From an uncultured Bdellovibrionales bacterium (lineage in GTDB: Bacteria; Bdellovibrionota; Bdellovibrionia; Bdellovibrionales; UBA1609): 24,998 bases of DNA. The notes under the pieces are model-generated. The model was not told where the DNA came from and made no database searches. It worked only from the letters and a program-made list of their open reading frames with translations. Where the stretch lies: positions 1-24,998 of the forward strand of contig CALJPJ010000177.1 of NCBI GenBank assembly GCA_937980625.1. The letters are read 5' to 3'. Of this stretch, positions 9,233-18,291 are shown piece after piece (the stretch's first letter is position 1; every line of letters starts with the position of its first letter). A program made the position numbers and the translations under genes.

Positions 9233-10243
9233 TTAGTCTTTGGTAATTGCACTTAATAAAGATAGTTCGGATGAATTATATAAATCGAGTAAATTTTCAT
9301 AAGGGTCACCTTTGATGTTCATTGCACTTGCAAATGCCGGCTCCGTCTTGAACCCCTTTTTTCTTAAGGTTTTAATTTGTTGTTTAAATTTTGTGCAACC
9401 AATTTTTAAAAGTCTTTCTTGCAAATTAAAATGCTTAAAGGCTCTTTGTTCTAAAGTCGGCGTTGTAGATCCATAGAGTTCAAACAAAGTATTATTAAAC
9501 TGAAAATTAGCTAAAATATAATTAGGTGTTTTATCAGGCTTAAAATCAATACTGAACTTATCTAAATGAGAGTAGTTTTTCACTAATATCTCTTTTAACT
9601 GTGATAAGTCAGTGTGAGAAAATATAATATCTACATCGGAGCTTGGTGTGTGAATATCTAAGGGGAGAGTCCCAACAATTAAAGGGTTGAAAGGAGATAG
9701 TGTATTTAAAACACCCAGCTTCTGAATAGAGCTAAACACAAGTTCGTTGATTTCAATATTTACTACCGACTCTAGTGAAGTATGGTGAAATTTAACCGCG
9801 AAGTTTTTAAACTTAACAGCTAGTTCTTGGTTAAAACTCTTTTCAAGTCCACTTTTATTTATAGAGTACATGTGATACTTATTTATGAGGTGGTTAAAAC
9901 TAATATCACAAACCACTTCAAGGTGTTCAAACCCTTCTTTATACTTATTATTTTTTTTGGGAGCTGGTAGCTCTATAATATTAACACTAAACTGGTTTGT
10001 ATTAAGTGGTGTGAGTAATTTAAATGTAGATATTTTACGGTTATTAACAATACTTTCAGTTAATAACCTAGAAAATTTAGAAAACTCATTTTTTAACTCT
10101 AAATACCTCTGATCACTTTCAACTCGATAACAGATATGATCTATGTTCCAATGAGCTTCAAGTTGTAACTCATTTGACACAATTGATTCATTTATTTCAT
10201 ATAAAAATTTATTGGCTTTATTAGCAAAGACTTCAAAGTTCAT
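9233..10243 (-). CDS. Fusion of a YecM-like VOC domain and a DUF4269 domain
   Basis: N-half: IDHICYRV, ES.VNNR.I..FKL..P, IELPAPK, EGFEHLEVV. C-half: PLIVGTLPLDI....SDVDI, FELYG, KTEPAFA...I.GDPY..LL. Confidence 0.85.
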   Translation of the reverse strand: MNFEVFANKANKFLYEINESIVSNELQLEAHWNIDHICYRVESDQRYLELKNEFSKFSRLLTESIVNNRKISTFKLLTPLNTNQFSVNIIELPAPKKNNKYKEGFEHLEVVCDISFNHLINKYHMYSINKSGLEKSFNQELAVKFKNFAVKFHHTSLESVVNIEINELVFSSIQKLGVLNTLSPFNPLIVGTLPLDIHTPSSDVDIIFSHTDLSQLKEILVKNYSHLDKFSIDFKPDKTPNYILANFQFNNTLFELYGSTTPTLEQRAFKHFNLQERLLKIGCTKFKQQIKTLRKKGFKTEPAFASAMNIKGDPYENLLDLYNSSELSLLSAITKD

Positions 10244-10830
10244 TAATTATAACTTATTTTTGGTTGCCACTCAGTTTTAGTAGGCAGTAAATCGAACATA
10301 TGCCATAGACTACAGTATAAATCACCAGGTCCAAAACCTGATGATGTTTTACGAAAGATTTTATTGTCCTGTTTAATAAAAGTGCTCATAGCAGGAGACA
10401 TCATTGTTTCTTTTTGGTTATTTTTATAAAATACTCCTAATGACTCTTGAAAGTCTGTACCGATAGTTGAAAAATATGGAAAGCGCCAACCTCTTTTGTC
10501 GGCAAAAGCACTAAGCTTTTTAAATTCAGTGGGTGAAGTTAAAGCAAAAGCAGCTCTACTTTGTAAATGCTCACTTATGCCATTAAACCCGTCAGCCCAA
10601 AGAGTACAATAGTTGCAACTAATGCCCATGTTATGAATAACAATAAGCTCATTATTATTGCTAAATAAATCGGATAAATATTTATTTCCTTCTATGCCTT
10701 CGAACTCAAAGTTATTTACTTCTTCTAATTCTTTTTTTGAGTGCAGGTTAACTAGCTCTGATTGAATATTTTTTAGTTGCTTTTCGAGTTTACAAATTTG
10801 ATCTTCAATATTTTGATTGTGTTGTGTCAT
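10243..10830 (-). CDS. DUF899 family protein (thioredoxin-like fold)
   Basis: N-terminal coiled coil; LSDLF...ELIV.HNMG..CNYCTLWADGF; RGW.FP; GPGD..C..WHMFDLLP. Stop codon overlaps the next start (TAATG). Confidence 0.9.
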   Translation of the reverse strand: MTQHNQNIEDQICKLEKQLKNIQSELVNLHSKKELEEVNNFEFEGIEGNKYLSDLFSNNNELIVIHNMGISCNYCTLWADGFNGISEHLQSRAAFALTSPTEFKKLSAFADKRGWRFPYFSTIGTDFQESLGVFYKNNQKETMMSPAMSTFIKQDNKIFRKTSSGFGPGDLYCSLWHMFDLLPTKTEWQPKISYN

Positions 10831-10991
10831 GGCCTATCCTTGTTTTATAAAGAGATTGCTCATCCAATTTATATATATAAGCTCGAGATAGGTCAAAGAA
10901 TATGAAACAAAAAGTCATTTTGTATAGCTACAGAAATCAATTCTGCTAATTAATTTATCGAAGCCCAAACTCAAGAAAACTTATTATTTTT

Positions 10992-11858
10992 TTAGCCTCT
11001 TTTTCGGCCACAGTGATGACAAAAATTTGAAGATGGAATTGGACGTTTTTTGCAGCCAGGGCATAATATTTGAGTGTTAAATTCTTTTTTTTCAGCAGCA
11101 ACAATTTCATTAGTAACAATACCGGTGGGTACAGCTATAATCGCATAACCCATTAACATCATAATGGAGGCAATAAATTTGCCCATACTACTGATTGGAA
11201 CGATGTCTCCATAACCAACTGTGGTCATGGTTACAATAGTCCAGTACATACTTCGAGGTATACTTGAAAAGCCAATCTGTAAGTCGCCTTCAACAATATA
11301 CATTGCAGTTCCCATGATAAGTACTAGTGATAGCACAACACCTAAGAATACAAATATTTTATATTTACTAGCTGTAAGAGCGCTACCCAGAACTCGAGCA
11401 GCTTTTGCAAAGCGCACTAGTTTTAAAATTCTAAAAATTCTTAATAGTCGCAGTGCACGAATGACCATTAAGTAATGTGTGCCAGGAACAATTAAGCTTA
11501 GATAAGTTGGAAGAATAGAAAGTAAATCAACAACACCAAAAAAACTTTTTACATAGCGTAAAGGTTTTTTAGATACTATAATTCGTAAAATATATTCAAT
11601 TGTAAAAAAGATAGTTAAAATCCATTCGGCATAAAATAGTGTATTACCAAAATATTGATTAATTGATTTTTCACTTTCTAAAATAACTTGGACAACACTA
11701 ATTACAATTGCCCACAAAAGAACCATATCAAAAAGCTTTCCCAAATATGTATCAGCTTCGAAAATAATTATATAAAGAGTGCGGCGTAAGCCACCTTCTG
11801 GCCGGCCATCGAGATCGATCGTGGAAAGATCATCATCTTGAGGAGTATCTTCTTTCAT
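10992..11858 (-). CDS. Voltage-gated potassium channel (ion transporter) with C-terminal Cys cluster
   Basis: S4 helix IRALRLLRIFRILKL; selectivity filter TMTTVGYGD; C-terminal CPGC...FCHHCG. Confidence 0.95.
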   Translation of the reverse strand: MKEDTPQDDDLSTIDLDGRPEGGLRRTLYIIIFEADTYLGKLFDMVLLWAIVISVVQVILESEKSINQYFGNTLFYAEWILTIFFTIEYILRIIVSKKPLRYVKSFFGVVDLLSILPTYLSLIVPGTHYLMVIRALRLLRIFRILKLVRFAKAARVLGSALTASKYKIFVFLGVVLSLVLIMGTAMYIVEGDLQIGFSSIPRSMYWTIVTMTTVGYGDIVPISSMGKFIASIMMLMGYAIIAVPTGIVTNEIVAAEKKEFNTQILCPGCKKRPIPSSNFCHHCGRKRG

Positions 11859-12159
11859 ATATTTTATTATCTGTCTATATAGTTATAAGTTCAATAGAGA
11901 AATTGATAACTTATAGACTAATGAACAGGCTAGTCTTGGTCATTATTAGCCTAGTGTTTTGGGTTTAACACCGGGCATGCCATTTATGAACAAGCTATTA
12001 GGCTTGTGCTTTGAAAAAATAAAACCTTTTATAAAAAAAAATATGATTTTAAACATAAATGATTTAGGAAATGTATCATGAGGTTTGTTTTGAGTATAGT
12101 TTGTTGTTAACATGGTTACTCTGAACTAAAAAAATGTAATTAAGAAAAATAAAACATTT

Positions 12160-12540
12160 ATGATAAATTATTATAAAAATAATAAATTAATTTTAAACCT
12201 GGGGTGCTTTGCTTATATTTTTTTAATTTTAACATACTCAGTTTTTATTTCGCGCTCGGCAATTTCTGATTTTTGGCCTGCATTTCTTAAGCTGGCTCCG
12301 AATCTTTTTTTGATTTTTTTTGCATCACTTATTTTTTGTAATCAGCTATTTTATAAAAAAGTTAACAATACTAATAAAAAAAAGTCCTTAATATTGTTTG
12401 GCATGACTGGTGGTATTCTAACAGCCTTAACAACTGTTGGTGTATCTGTTGTTATAGTTTTATTTTTTAATGTTATAAAATATAACTTTAAGATATTTGA
12501 TTTTGATACATGCTTTTTTAGTTTATACTTTGATGTTTAG
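12160..12540 (+). CDS. Hypothetical membrane protein (may extend to 12604 across a frameshift)
   Basis: 126-aa hydrophobic ORF of unrecognised family; a hydrophobic +1 frame is open 12479-12604. Confidence 0.55.
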   Translation: MINYYKNNKLILNLGCFAYIFLILTYSVFISRSAISDFWPAFLKLAPNLFLIFFASLIFCNQLFYKKVNNTNKKKSLILFGMTGGILTALTTVGVSVVIVLFFNVIKYNFKIFDFDTCFFSLYFDV

Positions 12541-12626
12541 TTTGGTTCCAATGTTTTTTTGTGCTATTTTTGGAGTAATATACGGATATTTAGTTTATCG
12601 TAGGCGGCTTTAGTCATAGGGGAGTT

Positions 12627-13046
12627 ATGGAGATAAAAAATAATTATGCAGGATTTGGAGTTAGGTTTTTAGCGACGATATTAGATACGATTTGGATGTA
12701 TGGTATTATTTATGCGGTGTTATGGGGTATATTTAAAATAAATCCTTTGGTCCCAGGTTCTAATTATACAAGTACGCAATTATTCTTTGAATATATTATT
12801 CCTTTTATTATAGTTATGGGATGTTGGATTTATTCAGCGGCAACTCCAGGCAAATATATGTTGAAGCTTACTATTGTGGACTCAGAAACGGGAGCTAAAG
12901 TGCCAGCTTCAAGACTAGTCATTCGTTACATTGGCTATTTTATTGCTTTTATTCCACTTGGTTTAGGTTTTTTAAGTATAATTTGGGATAAAAAACGCCA
13001 GGGCTGGCATGACAAAATGGCTAAAACTGTTGTTATTAAAAATTAA
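12627..13046 (+). CDS. RDD family protein
   Basis: YAGFGVRFLA.ILD, ATPGK...L.IVD, R.VIRY.GY, WDKKRQGWHDKMA.T.V. Confidence 0.95.
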   Translation: MEIKNNYAGFGVRFLATILDTIWMYGIIYAVLWGIFKINPLVPGSNYTSTQLFFEYIIPFIIVMGCWIYSAATPGKYMLKLTIVDSETGAKVPASRLVIRYIGYFIAFIPLGLGFLSIIWDKKRQGWHDKMAKTVVIKN

Positions 13047-13058
13047 TTAGTGAAGATT

Positions 13059-13096
13059 AAGTATAACAGCTTTAATTAAATGAAGCTGTTATACTT
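13059..13096. terminator. Probable bidirectional terminator between convergent genes
   Basis: Perfect 14-bp stem aagtataacagctt / aagctgttatactt with a 10-nt loop. Confidence 0.75.
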
Positions 13097-13111
13097 GAGA
13101 AAATATTAAAC

Positions 13112-13459
13112 TTATTTTTTTGTATCTGGAATATCCTCATCACCTAAGTCATCATTTTGTGGTCTTGATGTAAGGCAACCAAAGCCAACGCGACAAGCTG
13201 TTGAGTCATTAGATTCCCAATATGTTTGGAATGAAAATGCGTAATTATCGTCAGGTCTCTCAGTTGCACAAGCATCATTAGAGTTTGCATATATATTTCT
13301 AGAGTCTAGGCCTTTCATGTATACAACATTATGTACTTCAACAATTTCTTGCAACTCAGAACAGCTGAAGTCTGTTGCAGTGACAACAACATCTGATTTA
13401 TCTGCAAATGCAGTATTAGCAAAAAGACTGGCTAAAATAATAGTGAATAATAATTTCAT
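13112..13459 (-). CDS. Secreted hypothetical protein with four cysteines and an acidic tail
   Basis: AAGGAG RBS; signal peptide ending ANTAFA; SCSELQ.IV......CRVGFGC. Confidence 0.82.
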   Translation of the reverse strand: MKLLFTIILASLFANTAFADKSDVVVTATDFSCSELQEIVEVHNVVYMKGLDSRNIYANSNDACATERPDDNYAFSFQTYWESNDSTACRVGFGCLTSRPQNDDLGDEDIPDTKK

Positions 13460-13675
13460 AAATTCTCCTTAGTTTTATGTTTGTTTACACGAAGAATAGT
13501 ATGGACTGTTTTTTGGCTTAGCAAGTTGCTGGCAGTCAGAGCTTAAAATTTAAATAAATTTAATAGACTTTAGTTCTCCGGCAACACAATTAATGTAGGC
13601 AAGATAATATTGCATTATTGGCATGCAAATGACTATCAATTAAGCAACTTGGTTAGCTGAAGTAATTAGTCTAAT

Positions 13676-14530
13676 TTAAAATGATAAATCTTTGTTCATA
13701 AAGTCATCGTTACTGTGCCGCTCCAAAACCTGTTGTTGCTCCTCTCCCCAGGCTCTGTTTACTAATCTTCCACGGAGTATAGCGGGACGTTTAATAAGTA
13801 AATCAGCCCATCTTTGAATATTTTGATACTTATTTACAGATAAAAACTCAGCCGCTTCATATAATTTTCCTTTTACTAAAGCTCCATACCATGGGAAAAT
13901 AGAAATATCTGCAATAGTATACTCGCTGCCTGTAATATATTTATTTTTTGCAAGTTGCTTATCGAGTACATCTAGTTGTCTTTTGGTTTCCATAGCAAAA
14001 CGATTGATTGGGTATTCAAGCTTTTCAGGAGCATAAGCATAGAAATGTCCAAAGCCACCTCCTAAGTATGGCGCACTTCCCATTTGCCAAAATAACCAGC
14101 TAAGTACTTGGGCTCTTTTATGGGTTTGGTCGGGAATGAATGAGTTAAATTTTTCTGCGAGATATAATAAAATAGCTCCTGATTCAAAAATAGTTATAGG
14201 CTTGCCATTATTTTTATCTAACAAAGCTGGTATTTTGGAATTTGGATTTATATTTACAAAGCCAGATGAGAATTGCTCACCTTCTTGTATGTTAATTAAA
14301 TGTGCATTATATTCTGCTTCATTAACTTCAAGCTGTAATAACTCTTCCAGTAAAATAGTTACTTTTACCCCGTTAGGAGTGCCCAGGGAGTATAGTTGAA
14401 GAGGATGATTTCCCTCTGGTAAGGTTTTATTGAACCTCGATCCTGCAGTTGGCCTATTTATGTTAGCAAACTTGCCGCCATTACTTTTGTCATAGTTCCA
14501 AACTTTTGGTGGTACATAAGTCTTACTCAT
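13676..14530 (-). CDS. yghU: Glutathione-dependent disulfide-bond oxidoreductase (GST nu class)
   Basis: YVPPKVW, FANINRPTAG, QLYSLGTPNGVKV, NPNSKIPAL, FESGAIL, WLFWQMGSAPYLGGGFGHFYAYAP, LHERH-like C-terminal ERH. Confidence 0.95.
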   Translation of the reverse strand: MSKTYVPPKVWNYDKSNGGKFANINRPTAGSRFNKTLPEGNHPLQLYSLGTPNGVKVTILLEELLQLEVNEAEYNAHLINIQEGEQFSSGFVNINPNSKIPALLDKNNGKPITIFESGAILLYLAEKFNSFIPDQTHKRAQVLSWLFWQMGSAPYLGGGFGHFYAYAPEKLEYPINRFAMETKRQLDVLDKQLAKNKYITGSEYTIADISIFPWYGALVKGKLYEAAEFLSVNKYQNIQRWADLLIKRPAILRGRLVNRAWGEEQQQVLERHSNDDFMNKDLSF

Positions 14531-14947
14531 GTCTAGCTCCTAATAAATTAACTATCATTTTTTATGACTCAGGCACTAAAGAATATTGCTGAGACATAGC
14601 TTAGATTTATAAATCGTTGATAGAGAATAATTCAAAAGAGGATTGTTAACAAATTAATTTAACTGGATTAATTAATTAGTATTAGTGGTGCATCAGTATG
14701 ATAAAAAATCATTTTCTTTTATCAAGCGAGGAGTTGCGTGACAATTATTGTCATAAGCGTGAATGAATTAGGCAGCTATATTCAATGAGCTGTTATTTCA
14801 TTAGTAAATGCGGATTAAACAATTTATTTTACAACCTTTTAATTTGATTATGGGTAACTAGAATGGCTAAAAATAACCTAATTGAGACAGACTGTAAATT
14901 GGTAATAATTTTGCATCTAAATGAATAAAATTTAATAGGACTCACGT

Positions 14948-15753
14948 ATGCTCAAAACTTTATTGTCAATTTCATTAATTTTTTGTTTGGCTCATTCTTC
15001 GCAACTTGTATTTGCCAGTAGTTGCTCAGATACTACCAAATTTCCTAAGCTTGCCCAGATTAACTCACGACTTATAGATCCAGATTATAAAGTTTTAGTT
15101 TTGGGTCGTCATGGCAAGGCTTCAGCTGTAAATAAGTTTACTGCGGCCGAAAGGGAGGTGGACCCTGAGAAAGTAAAGTTAGATATTGAAAGGCCATTAG
15201 CTAAAAAAGGAAAAAAAGCGGCCAAGGAATTAGCCGAAATATTTGCTGAAATGAAATTAAGAGATGTAGGTATGTGGGGTTCTTTTGCTAAAAGGGTTAA
15301 AAAGACTGCTGGATATACAATAAAATTGCTTGGGGATAAAGTAAAAATTAAAAGCTTTGAAGAAGGCTTATATTATGTTGATGTACCTAAAGAGATGGAA
15401 GCTAGGTTAACTGCAGTTGAGGCTTCGGGAATTTCTCATGCTTTTTTTGGGGGCATGGTAAAACAACTTTGGCTTTATTTAAAAAGCTAACAGGAGCAAC
15501 AGAAGCTTTTTTGCCAACTTCAGCTGTAATGATTGTTGCTGTTAAAGCAGACACTTGGGCAGATGTATTTGATGGAAAATTTGAGCATATGGAAGGCTAT
15601 GCATGGTCACCCAACAAGAGTCACAGAGTTGAGAATAGCGATGTGAAAATCACTGCTCTTGAAGGTGTGGTAGGGCTTGAAACAGTTATGGCTCCTAGAC
15701 CGACTCAGGAGAACTCAGTTCCTGACTTTCTTGAAATTACTATCAGACGATAA
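14948..15753 (+). pseudogene. SixA-like histidine phosphatase with signal peptide, split by a one-base frameshift (ORFs 14948..15490 and 15469..15753)
   Basis: RHG motif, RPL..KG...A and S.AKR...TA in ORF1; adding one T at T7 15442-15448 gives ...SHAFFWGHGKTT...LPTSAVMIV, restoring the second His motif. May be a sequencing error rather than a true pseudogene. Confidence 0.75.
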
Positions 15754-15808
15754 TTAGAAAAGGGCATTTAAGTGACAAGATATATAGTTAATACGCCCCT
15801 CCAGTATT

Positions 15809-16519
15809 TTAGTAAGAAACCTCAGAGTTAATATTGTCATCTTCAGAAATTAGGCCTTCTAAATCTTGTTCAAGTAATAAGCTTGAAACTAAATTGTCCA
15901 TAACTATTTTGTGCTCTTTAAGTTCAGACTCTTTTAGGTATTTTGTAAAGCCTTTATTAGCAGCAGATCTAAAGGAACAAAAAATTTGTTCATATTCATT
16001 AAGGAAGCGTCCAAGACCTGCCGAGCAATTCTTCACCTCCTCAATACTTATTTTTTTACTACGACTTATTGGCTGACACTGCATAACAATCATTGAATTA
16101 TAGTTGCTAATTACTGAGGGGCTACAGGTGCTGCCATATTTATAATTAACCGAATAAGTTTTTTTAGGGTGTGGGTAAGATCCTGAAGCTGCTGGGTTCA
16201 TATTGGAAAAGTTTGACCTAACAAAGCCTTCAGTAATGAAAACTACGGCGCCATAGGCAACTCCAGGGCTACGGTTTTCTGCGCGACAATTAATTCCTGG
16301 GTATTTATTTAAGAAAGTATCTATTGAATCATTACAGCTGCTAGTTGACCCACTTAATCTGCAGTCACGCGACATAGCGTTATAGTCAGTGACTATATCA
16401 GAGCCACAATCACCACTTTTATAGTTTGTGAAGCTATTATCTTTATCGTCATCGGAACAACTAACGGCAGCAAATGCGAGTAATATTATTAAAGTAATTT
16501 TGATCATGGAAAACCTCAA
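15809..16519 (-). CDS. Hypothetical lipoprotein with two tandem four-cysteine domains
   Basis: Lipobox-like AAVSC; repeats C...V..DYN.M...C...C...FLNKY..I.C and C...V..NYN.M...C...C...FLNEY..I.C. Confidence 0.85.
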   Translation of the reverse strand: MRFSMIKITLIILLAFAAVSCSDDDKDNSFTNYKSGDCGSDIVTDYNAMSRDCRLSGSTSSCNDSIDTFLNKYPGINCRAENRSPGVAYGAVVFITEGFVRSNFSNMNPAASGSYPHPKKTYSVNYKYGSTCSPSVISNYNSMIVMQCQPISRSKKISIEEVKNCSAGLGRFLNEYEQIFCSFRSAANKGFTKYLKESELKEHKIVMDNLVSSLLLEQDLEGLISEDDNINSEVSY

Positions 16520-16963
16520 TTGTATTTATGGATTTAGCTAAACTTATAGCTTCGAATTGATTTTATCAATAAGGCTAGAAACAATTACATATAGATGAGT
16601 AATTTACATATTTAGTTAGATTTTTAATTTTAGTTGATATTTTAGGGGTTTAGGTCAAGATATTTTTTAATATGAGCTTTACTATGTATATAAACTACTC
16701 TATCAATGAAATCATATTCCTGAATGGTATCTGGTGTTCAGTTAGCTTTCCACAATAAATTGTCCTATGATAGCAAGGTCAACTTAACTTATTGGCAAAA
16801 TAACAAGATATATTAGCTTTGCCAATTCTACTGTAGCCAATTATAGAAATGCGGTTGGCTTGTTTTAGTAAAGTGTTTAAATGACCCATATATTAAACTA
16901 AATATTTATTTTTGTTTTATAAAGCTAAAGTAAAAACAACCCCTGTAAATAGAAAGTTATTTT

Positions 16964-17425
16964 CTACTTATAAACCAATTCAAAAAATTCACAAACAACT
17001 TCAGCAGTATTAAGATCGTTTATTTCAAGCTGTTCTAAAAAAGGAGTAAAAAAATCTTTATGTGCTTCTCTCCAATATTTTAGTGATAAATCACCTTCCC
17101 CCTCAGCTATTGCCACCTCTTCTGGGACTTCTTGAAATTGATAAGACTTAACCGCAATTACTTTTACAATGCACTTAGGCACTTTGTTGCTGTTAAGTAT
17201 TATCCAGTGATCATTAACCTGAGGTAAAGGTTCGTTGGCATTGGTGTAATCTTTTACAAGGCCGCTCCCTGCTGTTTTTTTTCCGCTTAAGTATAAGTTT
17301 AACAATTCGTCGGCAATTTCGTTGTTTCCGGCAATACCAGCTGTAATTGAATTTACTAAATAAGATTCACTTTGAGTGGATAAAAAATTATTGAAATACT
17401 CTTGTTCAACTTCACTTAATGTCAT
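16964..17425 (-). CDS. ASCH domain protein
   Basis: A.EL..L.L.GKKTA.S, I.L.S...PKCIV, F.EV.EE.AIAEGEGD.SL.YWR..H..FF, VVCE.F. Start moved from 17473 to ATG 17425, which follows CAGGAAG. Confidence 0.92.
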   Translation of the reverse strand: MTLSEVEQEYFNNFLSTQSESYLVNSITAGIAGNNEIADELLNLYLSGKKTAGSGLVKDYTNANEPLPQVNDHWIILNSNKVPKCIVKVIAVKSYQFQEVPEEVAIAEGEGDLSLKYWREAHKDFFTPFLEQLEINDLNTAEVVCEFFELVYK

Positions 17426-17535
17426 ATTAACTTCCTGGTTTATCAAGAAAATACAGAGCATTCTTTTGACCATTTTAGCTTAACTGATATATATTCACAG
17501 TAAGACGTGAATGTAAAACAATATGGATAAAAAAT

Positions 17536-18255
17536 ATGAAAACTAATAATATTTCAATTATAATTTTAGGTTTACTTACTGCTTTGGGCTTGTCATGTAT
17601 GGGCTATTTTATTAGTCAAACAATGTACAATGCAAAAATGGCAATTAATACAGCCCAGGTTAAGGGGTTAGCGGAAGTTCAAGTGAAGGCTAATAGTTCA
17701 AGCTGGCGTTTATCTTTGTCAGTTATGGGGTCAGATAAATTAAAAATTCCTGAATTGTATCAAAAAATTAATAGCGAGCTTAAACAAGTTGAAGATATAT
17801 TATTAAGTAACGGGTTATCTAAAGAAGAAATTGAAGTTGGCATTATTAATAATAGCGTAAGAGAGTTTCGAGATGACAAACAAGTTTTGGTGGAAAGAAA
17901 GTATGTTTTGACTGCAAATGTTAATGTTGAAACAGAAAAAGTTGGTAAAATTAAAGAGGTTAGGAAAAAGATGAATATTTTAATAACTAAGGGGTTCAAC
18001 TTAACGAGCCATGCTCCCAGTTATAAGTTTACAAATCTAAATAAAATAAAGCCAGATTTATTAAAGGAAGCAACGCAAAATGCTAGAGCTTCGGCGGCTG
18101 AATTTGCCAAAAACGCTGGAGTTGAAGTTGGGAAAATTAAGTCTGCACGCCAAGGTAATATTTCAATTACTGATATTGGGAGTGATTACTCAGATAGTAA
18201 AAAGATTGATAAAAAAGTGCGAGTTGTAACTACAATTACTTTTTATTTAAAATAA
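17536..18255 (+). CDS. SIMPL domain protein (DUF541)
   Basis: N-terminal TM; VKGLAE.QVKA, Y.FT.LN.IKP.LL.EAT.NAR..A..FA, GKIK.ARQG...I, KKVRVVTT.TF.L. Confidence 0.92.
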   Translation: MKTNNISIIILGLLTALGLSCMGYFISQTMYNAKMAINTAQVKGLAEVQVKANSSSWRLSLSVMGSDKLKIPELYQKINSELKQVEDILLSNGLSKEEIEVGIINNSVREFRDDKQVLVERKYVLTANVNVETEKVGKIKEVRKKMNILITKGFNLTSHAPSYKFTNLNKIKPDLLKEATQNARASAAEFAKNAGVEVGKIKSARQGNISITDIGSDYSDSKKIDKKVRVVTTITFYLK

Positions 18256-18291
18256 TAAGGTGTTTATATTTTATTGAAAGGAGTTAAGTTG

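Noticed and set aside
5282-10830. Anti-phage defence island (helicase plus NTase-like protein)
   Set aside because: The helicase is an ordinary RadD, the genes are not one operon, and there is no nuclease, effector, sensor or mobility gene.
10992-11100. Zinc-ribbon-like tail on the potassium channel as a novelty
   Set aside because: A C-terminal CxxC...CxxC tail is common in this bacterial channel subfamily.
16740-16870. Riboswitch or ncRNA in the ASCH-lipoprotein gap (stems attggcaaa/tttgccaat and agccaa/ttggct)
   Set aside because: Short stems with long loops; GGCAAA is present but the rest of the c-di-GMP-I consensus is not.
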